A stretch of 63,942 nucleotides of DNA, the filler included, from Asterionella formosa (taxonomy: Eukaryota), in assembly GCA_002256025.1 (NCBI GenBank). It is 8 parts of 8 records of this genome, joined end to end, with 100 filler letters (N's around TTAATTAATTAA, not from the genome) between each part and the next. Parts side by side here need not be neighbours in the genome. Positions count along the whole stretch, not along the records: positions 8,445 to 16,765 come from NKIB01012278.1; positions 16,866 to 25,178 come from NKIB01012279.1; 6 more parts are not named here. One strand, given 5' to 3'. The position numbers and the translations under genes were made by a program. This document shows positions 11,393 through 22,493 of this stretch, in pieces (positions within the stretch are counted from its first letter, which is position 1; every line of letters begins with the position of its first letter). The notes beneath the pieces were generated by a model that saw only the letters and a list, made by a program, of their open reading frames with translations, was not told the origin of the DNA and searched no databases.

Positions 11393-12115
11393 TTGAGGTT
11401 AGCCAACCAAATCATTTTGTACGGAATCATCAGCATGACAACGAAAAAATATCTCTGCATCAGGCAAAAGAAAAATATTGTTGCGGAAGCATACAGCAAG
11501 CCCAACAATATCAAGGCAACCACCAGAGCATATTTGGTTCAGCCAAAGCAGACCCGGAGCTGGAAGTCCATGCTGGATGGTGCAATGGTTGTGGTTCCGG
11601 TGGAGGTGATGGAGATTACTCTTCAGGAAGGAAGTGTGATTCAGATGCAGGTGTTGATGAAAAAAATCGCTCACTTGTGCCGCTCTCCAAAAAGTGCTGC
11701 TGATTTTGAAGGATTGAAGACTCTTTTCGACCAGTTGCGGCTTCAAGATAGGGTCTGCACCACCAGTATGCTCAGTGTTGAGCTTAAGAGGCAACCTGGG
11801 AACGAAAATGTGTCACTGAAGGCACTTGAAAAACGGATCAAGCGCTGGCTTCCCCGTATGGACAGTGTAATTAGGCGTGTGACTCGTGTCGCCCAAAATA
11901 CAAGGCTGGATCAGGAGACAATTCAAGATTTTGTTTCCTATGTCAACAATCAAACTGCTGCGTTCGAATTTCCTGCTGGAAACATTGTCAATATTGATGA
12001 GATGAACATCAATTTTGACATGTTTGGATCAAAGACTTTGGCAACCCGAGGCGAAAGGACCATTGGGCTTCGAACAACAGGAATTTGGATTGAATTATTT
12101 GATAATATATTTTAA
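11393..12115 (+). pseudogene. pogo-like transposase (HTH/CENP-B region and start of DDE domain), 3'-deleted
   Basis: 'RIKRWL...IRRVTRVAQ' and 'IVNIDEMNINFDM..KTLA.RGERTI..RTTG' are typical of DDE_1 pogo transposases. The ORF stops before the remaining catalytic residues. Confidence 0.85.
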
Positions 12116-12318
12116 CATTTAGTTTTAGTGAAACAATTATTATCGTCAATTAGATTCAGGATGGCAAACCCTAATAGGCAAATAAATTAAGCTGATGACT
12201 ACAAAAAACCCAAAACGGAGTGATTCTAATGCTGAAAATGCTAATTTCTAATACTTTTATTAATATTCTAGTGTAGATTGGTTGAAGTATTCAAAGGCTT
12301 GTCCAGTTTTCGTAACAT

Positions 12319-12717
12319 CTATTCCTGAATCTGGATGTCCTCAAGAAGCCGGAATGAACAAACTCCAAGGTTATTGTGGCTTTTTGCCCTTTTGGCAGCA
12401 CTTTCACTAGAGTCATAGAGTTCAATAACTTGAGCGAACTTGTCACTTGTTTTCTTCAAAGCTGCAATATTCTCGCCAAGGAAACCAACCATGCACAATT
12501 CCGTCCCATCAAGGATCAGAACAGCCTTGATACCTGCCTGATCAACTCCATCAATCGGTACCACTGCTGCCTTGAACCAAACACAATCATTCGGCCTTAC
12601 AATTGCCCCACAGCAGGCATGCTGCTCACAGCTTCTTCCATTGGCGGTACCTCTGAGGCCAAGGATTTCGCCATCACGAATGTCATCCGCAATTATCATG
12701 TTGCCTAAATGTGACAA
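12319..12717 (-). CDS. Transposon-borne hypothetical protein (~125-132 aa), possibly HIRAN-like
   Basis: Open ORF inside the pogo TIRs, convergent with the transposase. Motifs 'EILGL....GRSCEQHACCG', 'C.VGFL' and 'AQVIELY'. The likely ATG is at about 12699. Confidence 0.65.
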   Translation of the reverse strand: MSHLGNMIIADDIRDGEILGLRGTANGRSCEQHACCGAIVRPNDCVWFKAAVVPIDGVDQAGIKAVLILDGTELCMVGFLGENIAALKKTSDKFAQVIELYDSSESAAKRAKSHNNLGVCSFRLLEDIQIQE

Positions 12718-13298
12718 TATTTTACAGGTGATGATACTTTACAGGGAACAGTAGGGTACCGGTAATATACGAAAATACATACCAATAAATAGAATACGTT
12801 TATGTTGTGTTATTTTTTCTGTACATAGGAAATATTTGGGAGTGTTGCGCCAGATGTACAAAGGGGGGTACAGGTATCTGGGGGGATACGAGACACCAGG
12901 TTTTACGGTAGCTAGTTCCAGGGAATTTCGGCAACCCTAAGCAATACTTTATTTTTTTTACTTAGGGTTGAAATACAGGAACCTTAAATATTAAACAAAA
13001 AAATTTAACTGATAATCTGCTGAGAAAATAGGAGCTAAATAACTCTTTGGTTTAGCAAGATTTCGTCAACCACGCACTTGCAGTTATAAACTGGTACTTG
13101 TACAGGTACCTGGTGGTACCAGCACCACCAGCTAGGGAGGGTACAAAGAGACACCTGCTACAAGTTCTATGTGGGTGTTCTTTGATTTTCCTATCCTATA
13201 TCGTTCTATATACTGTATAGTAGAACACCACGTACGCACGCACGCAAGCACACACTGAACTCCTCCTACCTAGTACAGTAAGTACCAGGTACCAAGTA

Positions 13299-15793
13299 CG
13301 ACTTAAAAACTGTAAGCCACCGCTATTTTAGTCTATCTTTCGACTAAAAATATTTATATAATTCAACGATCAAAACTTGACGCAAGTACAAAGCTTATGT
13401 TAGACAATGCTCTCTGCTATACTATTAAGGAATCAGTTTTGATTCAGTGTATCTAGCCATGAAGAAATAAATTTTAAGTCACTAAGATTATTGCATAGCA
13501 GTGGCTTACAGTGCATATTTTTCTATCTGTACATGAATATATTTCCCCCCCAAACCGTGTTTATTTTTACTCCGTTAATACTACAAAAATTATTTTCTTA
13601 TTACTTTACGTTTTACACTTTTGCAGGGCAGCATCATCGTTGGAGAATTCTTCTGATGCATTACATTAATCTCGAGCTTCTTTGCATCCAACTACTTGCT
13701 TGCAGAGTCTCAAACTTCATCACGGAATGGTGGATCGGCAGTAGCAGTTGTAGAAGGAGAGGGAACAGCAACAGGAGGAGGTGCAGTAACATTAACCACA
13801 GCAATAGGAGGTGTATGGAGAGGGAATGGCGGCTGCTGGTCACCACGGTGATTGGTGTCGTCGAATCTTGTAATCAGAGCTTGCCTTGTTTGTGGAACCA
13901 GCAAATCACCTGATTGTTTTTACCAACGCACCATTAATTTCAATTCTGGCACAGACATCTGTTCTTTTGTTTTGTTCTGTTCTGATCCTTCAATGTAAGA
14001 ACTTTTCCGCAAAGTGTATTGAATTCTTGTTGCCTTTTTGTTTCTTTTGTACTAATGACAATGTCTGAAATTCGCTTCCGTTCCAGTGTAGCAGCAAGAA
14101 TATTTGGCCCAAGGGCTAAGGTTTGTGCAGAGGCCAGTAGTCCTGCTGTTATCCTCTTCTTGTGTCACTCAATGTGTAAATCCGCTGTCTCCCTTCTCTT
14201 TCTAGCTTGGGCCTCCCGGTCGATTCCATTTCGCACATCTTCGCATTTGCAAAACTCGTTAATTCTTCCAACAATTGTTCCAGCAAAGCCAGTTTGGAGG
14301 TTTAACTCATCAGGAGGGAGAATGGCAGTCTCTGTGGGCGCATTGATGTTCTGTTGTGTCGTGGTTGGGTTAGTTGAATCTCAGGGTGAAGCAAGACATT
14401 ATAGTTCAGGGGATACCATCCTTGTTCATAAATTGCTTTCTTGTTTGTGACAGAATTTGCAGGTATTCCATTCCTTTCCTTGGCAGCATCAATGATCAAA
14501 GAAACTGTTCCTTTGGAGGTATGTTTGTTCTTATTTTTGCTGTCTAGCATTTTATTCATGTACTCATCTGTTGCTTCACTTAATGCATTTTGCATCTGGG
14601 ATTTGTTGCTAATGGTGGCAGCAATGGTGGCACCTTTGGGCCGTCCACCAACAGTTGTACAGTTGTACTACTCATGTCCTCCTTGTTTGTTTTTGTTGTG
14701 TTTGTATTTGCCTCCAAACTTCCCCAGGTAAGCACACCATTGTTTCCAGTTTCATATGCCAAAGTGCCCATTGTATACTGACTATCATAATGCTCACTCA
14801 CACCTTCATTGTTGTCATCTTCTTCCTCCTCGACAATTTCATATGAATTATGAATGAGATTGCTGGGAAATAACAAGGCAAAGCTGCCATCAATATTCAA
14901 GAATTGGGGTTTAGTAGGGCCACAATGGTCAGGTGTCAATGTAGACACCATGGTTGCAGTTGATGGTTGAAAGAGGGACAAACCAGAAGTAGTATACATA
15001 CTAGTAGTACTAGACTTAACTTCTAGTTTAGCACTTTGTTATAGTTCATTCTTTACTTGGTTAACAGATATCCAAGGGAAAATGCATTGCTTAGCTGATA
15101 TTGTCCTAGAAATAGCACCATAAGGCATTTTTCCACCATGGTTAGCCTTCTTAGCTTCTAGCTCCCTAATCACATTGTTAAGACAAATCTGAACACTGAC
15201 CAACTCTTCAGGAGACAATTTCTTTCGAGGCAAGGCCTTGCCTTTGTCGAGGTGTTTTCGAGGTCATGATGTTGGTATTGTGATGGGTGATGGGTGATTG
15301 TTGTGTTTGCATTTAATTTTTGTACTCATAATTTGGGCGCGCCAGGAATTCCTATTTGACGTTTTCCATTAGTGAATTTATCTCTTTATTATGGCGCACG
15401 AGCGAAAGCGCAATGACGTCGTAGCCATATTAAATAAATTTTAGAGGATACTATATTTTAGAGGATACTATATTAGTTTTCTAGCGGAGGAATATTCGAA
15501 TAACTGTATATGTATATAAAAGGCGATGCTTGCTCAATCGAGTAACGTCAAAATATCCAATTTTCGCAATTTCACGTCAACAGCAACCTTTGGGCGATAA
15601 TACCTAATTAACAATGTACACAATGCAACAATACAAGTACAGAATTATTTACTTGCTATATAAATCTGAACAACTCGTTCGTGACAATAAATAGGGTATC
15701 TTGTAAACTATGTTCAAACCGTGCGTTTACTCCGTTTAGCGGTGACTTACAGTTCAGAAGTTGCCATAGCGGTGGCTTACAGTTTTTAAGTGG
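13299..15793 (-). mobile_element. Second TA-flanked pogo-like transposon, internally deleted
   Basis: TIR C(C/G)ACTTAAAAACTGTAAGCCACCGCTA at both ends with TA on both sides. Fragmented minus-strand ORFs run 15233-13710 ('GRPKG', 'GWYPLNYNVLLHPEI', SAP-like C-terminus). No DDE core is visible. Confidence 0.85.
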
Positions 15794-15794
15794 T

Positions 15795-15883
15795 ACCAGG
15801 GACCAGGGACCAGGGACCAGGGACCAGGGACCAGGGACCAGGGACCAGGGACCAGGGACCAGGGACCAGGGACCAGGGACCAG
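15795..15883. repeat. (ACCAGGG)n heptamer tandem repeat, about 12-13 units
   Basis: Directly visible. It abuts the TA target duplication of the transposon. Confidence 0.95.
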
Positions 15884-16698
15884 TAATTAATCAACAGCCA
15901 AGGAGATCATGGTACCAGGTACCGGTACCTGGTACATGAAAAGAAACTAAGCTATCAGCTACCAGGTACCAGGTACTGATACCGCCCGGTATCCTAAACT
16001 AACTGGTAGCTGGTACCAGTAAAGTACCTGGTACCGGAATACCGGTTGCGTACCTGTAGGTAAAACCGTCCTTCCCCGGTCAGCCAACCCAGCAGCTGCA
16101 GTACCAGGTACCAGTAGCAGACAATGGTGGACTCGGAGTAAGTTGTTGGTCGTCAAGGGAAGAATTCCCCTGAATTCGCTCTTTACTCGTTTTTGCACAA
16201 CATTCGCACTTGAAATTGCGCATAAAATCCACAGCCACAGGACGCTTTTGATGGTGGCGGGGTGTGACAAAATGAACCAGCAAAAGATGCTCGATGCTCG
16301 ATGCTCGATGCACGATACAATGGCAAGTCTGAATTTCTCGTTTGAATCCTTCCATGAATTCTTCCATTCACTCAAATTGCTGCGCTAACTCCTCCTCCTT
16401 GTCCTGTCGACTTGACAGAAGCTGCTCTGATGCTACCGGTACCTGGTAGTATACCAAAGTCGAATACGCGAGCGTGCGGTAACATCAGCTCTGCAAAAAA
16501 GCTTCCATGAGAGTTCTCGATATTTTGTGTCCACACAATCCACTGTCCATTGTCTGTATCAAAATGGTTCCATTATATTTCCATCATCGGGTAGCGAAGT
16601 GTCCAATGCCTGTGCCTCCTATCAACAACTGTTCAACAAATATGTAATTCAAAGTTGGAACATTGGATGATTTTTATTACGAGATGATTATTTCGTGA

Positions 16699-16765
16699 GA
16701 TCAGATCTGATCTCATTTCATCTGATCTGATCTGATCTCATTTCATCTGATCTGATCTCATTTCA
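16699..16765. repeat. (GATCT)/(CATTT) pentamer-based microsatellite at the contig end
   Basis: Directly visible. Confidence 0.85.
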
Positions 16766-16865
16766 NNNNNNNNNNNNNNNNNNNNNNNNNNNNNNNNNNN
16801 NNNNNNNNNTTAATTAATTAANNNNNNNNNNNNNNNNNNNNNNNNNNNNNNNNNNNNNNNNNNNN

Positions 16866-17170
16866 TCCTCCTATAATGAGCCGGACGATATAAGCTATTT
16901 TGGAAGACCGATAGTTTGAAAATGAATGATCATGGTTAAAAACCTGTGATCAGTAAGTGTGAGATAGACATGGGTCTATCTATGATTGCATGTTTCTAGA
17001 AATGCAAACAGCATTTAGAGAATAGTTTGTTTGTTTGTTCAAACAGAACAACCTAAACTAGATTAGTAAAGTCACAATAAGAATATAGAAACGGAAAGAG
17101 AAACGAACATCTCTATCTAAAGTCTTCTTTGTCTAATGATATAGATCTATCTAAAAGGTAATACTTTCAC
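16866..17170. repeat. Dispersed repeat, near-identical to 46436-46750 (part of the Kolobok-like element's 3' region)
   Basis: 'cctataatgagcc...gaagaccgatagtttgaaaatgaatgatcatggttaaaaacct...ggtaatacttt' is shared. Confidence 0.9.
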
Positions 17171-17401
17171 AGTATCCGTGGTGCAACACAATGCATGAAC
17201 AGAACATTTTAACACTGGAGGGTACCAAGGTTGAGTTTTTTAAACTCAAGCTATGCATTATACCAGTAACAAGTTAGTAACTCATGTTGTCCTCCACTAT
17301 ATTGAACCCCATTTATCAAGTAACACTCCCCTCTTCAAAATGAATGTTGCTGTGTTCTACCCTAAATGTTTATACTTACTATGTTTAATAGTGGTCTCCT
17401 C

Positions 17402-18568
17402 TCATGAATCTAAATACTCCAACACCAGTTTCCTCCATTTGAATGGACATTCAAATGGGACAGCATGTCCCACATTCTCCAAAATGATTGGATCATTCCA
17501 TCCCAATTGCCGTGACAATTGCAATGCATGTTCAGGTGGTGCCATGCAATCAGCTCCTCCAACTACCAATTGACCACCATGACCAGCTCGACATGACAAT
17601 GATGACAAAGATGATATATAATGATCATAATAGCCATCCACCTCATCATGCAACAATACACGAAGGAGTTCCGTGGCTTTATTTTCTTGTTCAACAAAGT
17701 TTACCCATTGAGATATGCGATCCTTGTTCTTATATAAAAAATCACTTGAATATGTTGTTTGCAACATGCTCCAACCATAACTTTTGTTGGATTGCAAACA
17801 GTCTATCCATCCCATCATAGCAACTTTGGATGCCACACTGCGTTCTGAGGCAATTCCTGTCAAGTGTATCTTGTGAATACTGCCACTACTACTGGTTGTA
17901 GCAGTTGTTGGATTTGAATCATTCTCTTGTAGCAGCATGCTGGCGTAGGCCAACAGTATCCTAGCTCCTAACGAGAATCCAACCAAATCGAATGAGGGTG
18001 GTACTTGAGAACTAGTAGTACCAGTAGTACCAGAATTAGTAGTACTATTCCAATGTTGCATAATTATTTGATGCAACGCTTGGGCTTGAGAAATGAGTGA
18101 ATAATAACAATGATCGGTTCCATCAAACTGGTCATTAACAACAGTAGTGGTTGAAAAAGACTTTCCTACTCCCAGTGGTTCCACGAGTAATACATTTCTT
18201 GTCGTGGATAGAGCTCGTGCAGTTGGTTCCCATGCAGCCAAGGGTTGAGCCATACCACCCATTAGAATAATAGTTGGACTGTTGGTATTTTGAATTGTTG
18301 TTGGAAACCATAACGAGCGCTGATGATTGTGATGATGATGATGATGATTATGTGATGCTAGTAGTGACAGTGACGATACGTTATCACTCAAGATGAAACA
18401 CTGCAAGAAGGTGAGGAGAATAGTAGCGACAGCAAAAGTCATGAAATGAAGAAATGATTGCTGTAACGAATTGATTAATGTCGTCGTATGCATTTTAAAT
18501 TTTAGGCGATGCTGCTGCTGATGATGATGATGGCACCAATTTGTTGTCACGTGATGAAAGCTGATCAA
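17402..18568 (-). CDS. Alpha/beta-hydrolase fold protein (true start uncertain, possibly 18490 or 18442)
   Basis: Nucleophile elbow 'VGFSLG', acid 'GGADCMAP' and catalytic His 'VGHAVPFE'. Hydrophobic N-terminal segment. Confidence 0.85.
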   Translation of the reverse strand: MISFHHVTTNWCHHHHQQQHRLKFKMHTTTLINSLQQSFLHFMTFAVATILLTFLQCFILSDNVSSLSLLASHNHHHHHHNHQRSLWFPTTIQNTNSPTIILMGGMAQPLAAWEPTARALSTTRNVLLVEPLGVGKSFSTTTVVNDQFDGTDHCYYSLISQAQALHQIIMQHWNSTTNSGTTGTTSSQVPPSFDLVGFSLGARILLAYASMLLQENDSNPTTATTSSSGSIHKIHLTGIASERSVASKVAMMGWIDCLQSNKSYGWSMLQTTYSSDFLYKNKDRISQWVNFVEQENKATELLRVLLHDEVDGYYDHYISSLSSLSCRAGHGGQLVVGGADCMAPPEHALQLSRQLGWNDPIILENVGHAVPFECPFKWRKLVLEYLDS

Positions 18569-19381
18569 TATTCAATACCGGTATATGTACCGGAATACTG
18601 TCAATTATTTACCGCATGCATATACCGGTAGCTATGATACGGTTTACCGGAGTAGTCTAGGATATTAGTTCTGTATACCGGTACTCGGTATCATGTCAAG
18701 ATGTGAAGTATGATGATACCGGTGCCGCACAGGGTCCCAAAATACAGGCATGTTGTGAGTTGGTGTTGGTGTTGGTGTGTTGGAGTGTACTGGTATTTGT
18801 TTGTGGTCGTTCCATCATTGAATCCAAAATCTCCCCTACCAGACCTCATGCAAATGATGGAGTGCTAATTAATAATGATTCAAGAAATAAAAGACTTTTA
18901 GTTATATAACTATGAAAGTGATTGCCACATAGTTCTTGTTCCCATCAAAGGCAGCTGAACAAGCCTCTTTTGCATTTCCCTTTCCAAATAGATGATACAT
19001 TTGCAAGCAGTTAAGCACTTTATGGACTATAAATTATAGTAACTGGCAATCTGGGCCAATACATCAACATCTTTAAAAAGGGGTGGGGCTGCTCCCATTA
19101 TTTTTTGTATCATTTTTCCATCTTACAACCAAGTAAAGCTGAATACTGCACTGAAGAATATATAATAAAATGAATTCACTTTCTTCATATTGCTAGACCT
19201 GCAGATTGAACATAATCCAAGCATGCTCTAGTGTACTTAGTTCGAAAAGACCGTCACATGATGGTACTGTTGTGACAACTTAAAAAGTAATAACTAACGG
19301 ACAATTGCAATCAAGGAAGATTTTGTATGGGTGACAATAGTACGACAAACAACAACACCTCAACGTAGTTCATTCTCAGTG

Positions 19382-19930
19382 TTATCTCCTTCGCCTTCTT
19401 GGCTGTTCCGCCCTTTCAATCTGAAGAGGCGCATCCATTGCTGGTGACTCATTTTCCTGACGAGCAATGGTCCGTGCTAGCTCCCACATTCCTCCCTTGT
19501 CTAACCCACCCTGCGACAAGGAGGCTGCTAATGCAACTTGGCGCCTTGTTTCGGCATTCATTTGGAATTTTAGATTTTGGCCAGTCTCGTGGAGAATCCA
19601 TATTCGCAGCGACTCATCACTCCACTTTTGTGGCTGCTCGATAACTTTGGTTTGACCATTGACTTGTTGAATCGACTCAAATGCTTGACGAATTCGAGTA
19701 AACTGATCTCCAGAGGACGGACACTTGGATGTCGAGGTGTCGGGATGATGCTCAAGGGCTAGTTTCACAAATGCAGCCTTCACTTCACTGTAAGGAGAAG
19801 CTCGGGGTATACCCAAGACATGAAATGGACAAGAGACCGAGGAAAGGAGGCGGATTCCTTGCCGTTGAATACCGGTAGTGCAGGGACCTTGAATCATACG
19901 TGACAGCAAAAGCGATACTAATGATGCCAT
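19382..19930 (-). CDS. DnaJ-domain protein, probably mitochondrion-targeted
   Basis: J domain 'PFHVLGI...EVKAAFVKLALEHHPD...FTRIRQAFE'. Arg/Ser/Leu-rich N-terminus. Confidence 0.9.
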   Translation of the reverse strand: MASLVSLLLSRMIQGPCTTGIQRQGIRLLSSVSCPFHVLGIPRASPYSEVKAAFVKLALEHHPDTSTSKCPSSGDQFTRIRQAFESIQQVNGQTKVIEQPQKWSDESLRIWILHETGQNLKFQMNAETRRQVALAASLSQGGLDKGGMWELARTIARQENESPAMDAPLQIERAEQPRRRRR

Positions 19931-20738
19931 GATTATTATTTTTTCTGGATTTTAATTCTTTGTTCCGTCACTTTGTTGCTCCAAAAAATCACTCGTTCGT
20001 ATCAACTACCATATGACTGACTCATACTGAAACCGACAATCATTCATGTCTCCTGCGTTGCTATAGTCCCCCACCCATCAAACGTTATGTCTGATCAAGC
20101 AAAGCAAATGGTTGGCATTTGTCGTGTCGTTCCTGTGGTGGGTTTTACCTGCCTTGAGCCAGAGAGTAGAATAATAGAAATATCATGTACTCTATACATG
20201 GCTGTATATACCGGCATACCATCTGCGACGACAGCGGGTGGGGCGACGTGCATGGAATGACAATACGGTACATCTACTACTGGTACTACCGGTATACTGC
20301 ATGGTATACCACGTAGGTTGTGTTATCATATGATTAATTATAACTATGCATCATGTCATATTTTTCATGATCAAATGGAGGTGTATATAGAGAATTGAGG
20401 AATGCCTCATATAGGGCATCGTTTCAAAAGGAGCACCAGCCCGACTGTCAATATATGTATTCCGGTATGAACAATGCATAAATGATCCATTACAGCCTTT
20501 TTTTTAAACTGTGGTACCAGGTACTGAATGTATTTTTACACGTGCCTACAATTTGACATACGAAACATCCTCGTGATGGATTACCGGTAGTCGAGGAGTC
20601 GTCACGGTTGAAAAAGATTTGGACTTTTTTTGAATATCGCTCCGCAAGATGCTGCCTCATTTTGTGTTCTCATAATAGAAGTTTCTGATTTCAAATGTCA
20701 CTAATATTCCATTTCTGCAAATCACTGGTTTTCAAACG

Positions 20739-22400
20739 ATGAGTCTCAAGGTACAAAAGCAGATTTACTGTGGCCTTAAAGTATTTGTGCTGACAGTGTT
20801 TATGATACTGTTGTTTCTTAGCAGTTGGCTCAGCAGCAGCAGTAGCAGTACCGGTAGTAACAGAACAACTTATGTGGTTTCTATGCATCAAGATGAAAGC
20901 CATGCACCGACACTCCCTGGTGCTTCTGGAAGCACAACATACAACGACGTTACCCACCTGAAAGTTATGACTGGAGAACTTCCAGGATACACTGGATGGG
21001 CTAGACCAGACCGTACATTGGCAGGATACTTTAAAGTGGTGGAACCTCCAAGCACCCATGACAGTTTTCAATTCGTTGTGCGCCTGAATTGCACGCACCC
21101 ACTTTGTCAACATGGCGGATCCAAGTTCTATGTAAGATCCTATGGGCCATCGGTCGTGGCGGGAAGGACAACAGACCACAGAAATGGAAGCTATGACATA
21201 TTCTGGCCAATAGGGACAGAACATGAACAATTCACTGTGGAGGTTGTTTTAACATTTTCATCAACGCCGGAATATAAGAACTTTCCCCTCCGTGATGCTG
21301 CTGCTGCGCCTGCATACGAAGGACATTTAATACCGGGATTCCCCTTGCTGATCACGTCGAACAAAACGATTATAGCAACACCAGACCGTATCTGTTCCTC
21401 CAAGGACTTATATGTTTCCTCTTCCCTTGGAGGGTACAGTAAAGGACGTTGGGTAGTGGTTGACAGAGTTTCAAATCCAACTTATTTTTCAAATGAAACC
21501 GACGAGTTTTCGGTTCAAGGATATCAACATGGTGGAAATGCGTTGGGTATCTTCATGAACTATCAGCCGTACCATTGCCGTTTTCCCCTTTTATTAGATC
21601 AAGCCAAGAATTGGTTCCAGTCCTGCGAATCGCCAAAGAAACCAACACGTTTGATATTCATTGGTGATTCTGTCATGAAGATGCAAGAACATGCCTTCGT
21701 CAAGGCTAAGATACACGGCATCCAGATAACCTTCATCAAGACCCATACAGGTCTTCACAATATCCTCCACAATGTTGAATCGGCGCTTTCGGACAAAGCT
21801 TTGAGAGAAGAATCGGAAGATCTTATCATTGTTTTCAACAGTGGACTTCATGACATTGCACAACTCTGCAGCCCAATTTCGAAGCGGAGGCGGGATAAGA
21901 TGAATTTGGATTTGCACAATGAAAGGTGGTATTCATGCGTGGATCACTACAAACGACTTTTCACCAAACTTGCGAAAATTATTTCGACTTTTCCCGCGAA
22001 ACTACGAGTCTTCCAAACGACCTCAGCAGGATGGATGAAGTATGGAAACTATGGCTTTGCCTGGTCCCCATACAAGCAGCAAATCCTACCGTTTGATACA
22101 AGCTTTGCTGAACACTTTAATGAGATCGCCTTTGATGTTCTCAAGCCATTCGATAACATACAGATCGTTGATGCATATTGGCTCATGTTAGCTCGTCCCG
22201 ACAATCGAGAAGTCGACGCTGATCAAAGTATCGGGAAACACTTGGTCCACCCAGGAAATGAAGTGCTCGGCGCCCTCACTTCTATCTGGATGACAGTATT
22301 TGCGGAAACCTTGGATGAAAAGTGTTTTGCAGAATATGAAAAACAATATTCTCGCCGTGGTAGTCGAGGAAAGCGTAGTTCTGAAAACAAGTACCGGTAG
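20739..22400 (+). CDS. Type II membrane SGNH/PC-esterase (NXPE/TBL-like) protein, putative polysaccharide O-acyl transferase or esterase
   Basis: 553-aa ORF with an N-terminal TM helix, Ig-like 'TDHRNGSY', 'FIGDS', 'NSGLHD' and C-terminal 'LVHP'. Confidence 0.7.
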   Translation: MSLKVQKQIYCGLKVFVLTVFMILLFLSSWLSSSSSSTGSNRTTYVVSMHQDESHAPTLPGASGSTTYNDVTHLKVMTGELPGYTGWARPDRTLAGYFKVVEPPSTHDSFQFVVRLNCTHPLCQHGGSKFYVRSYGPSVVAGRTTDHRNGSYDIFWPIGTEHEQFTVEVVLTFSSTPEYKNFPLRDAAAAPAYEGHLIPGFPLLITSNKTIIATPDRICSSKDLYVSSSLGGYSKGRWVVVDRVSNPTYFSNETDEFSVQGYQHGGNALGIFMNYQPYHCRFPLLLDQAKNWFQSCESPKKPTRLIFIGDSVMKMQEHAFVKAKIHGIQITFIKTHTGLHNILHNVESALSDKALREESEDLIIVFNSGLHDIAQLCSPISKRRRDKMNLDLHNERWYSCVDHYKRLFTKLAKIISTFPAKLRVFQTTSAGWMKYGNYGFAWSPYKQQILPFDTSFAEHFNEIAFDVLKPFDNIQIVDAYWLMLARPDNREVDADQSIGKHLVHPGNEVLGALTSIWMTVFAETLDEKCFAEYEKQYSRRGSRGKRSSENKYR

Positions 22401-22493
22401 CTGGGTTGCTACTTACGATGTTAGTTGCACTAACAAAATATCTCCCCACAACAAGAAATCAGAAAATTAACAGTTACAGCGATAAAAGGTATG

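Larger units (their letters stand above)
11048..12908 (+). mobile_element. pogo-like (Tc1/mariner superfamily) DNA transposon
   Basis: Perfect 22-bp TIR CCGTAAAACCTGGTGTCTCGTA at 11048 and reversed, ending at 12908. TA flanks (the left has one extra C). The empty site 'ttcttagttcc' is seen in the paralog at about 32700. Confidence 0.9.
10758..12983 (-). mobile_element. Non-autonomous Kolobok-like element, copy C (both TIRs present, internally deleted, hosts a pogo insertion)
   Basis: TIRs GGTTCCTGCATTTCAACCCT and AGGGTTGAAATACAGGAACC. Flanks are GTAA and TTAA. Confidence 0.8.

Noticed and set aside
15795..15883. Telomeric repeat or CRISPR array
   Set aside because: The unit is not TTAGGG-like, it is internal to the contig, and there are no spacers.
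15681..15890. ORF with (GTRDQGP)n repeats
   Set aside because: It is the translation of the heptamer microsatellite and a TIR.
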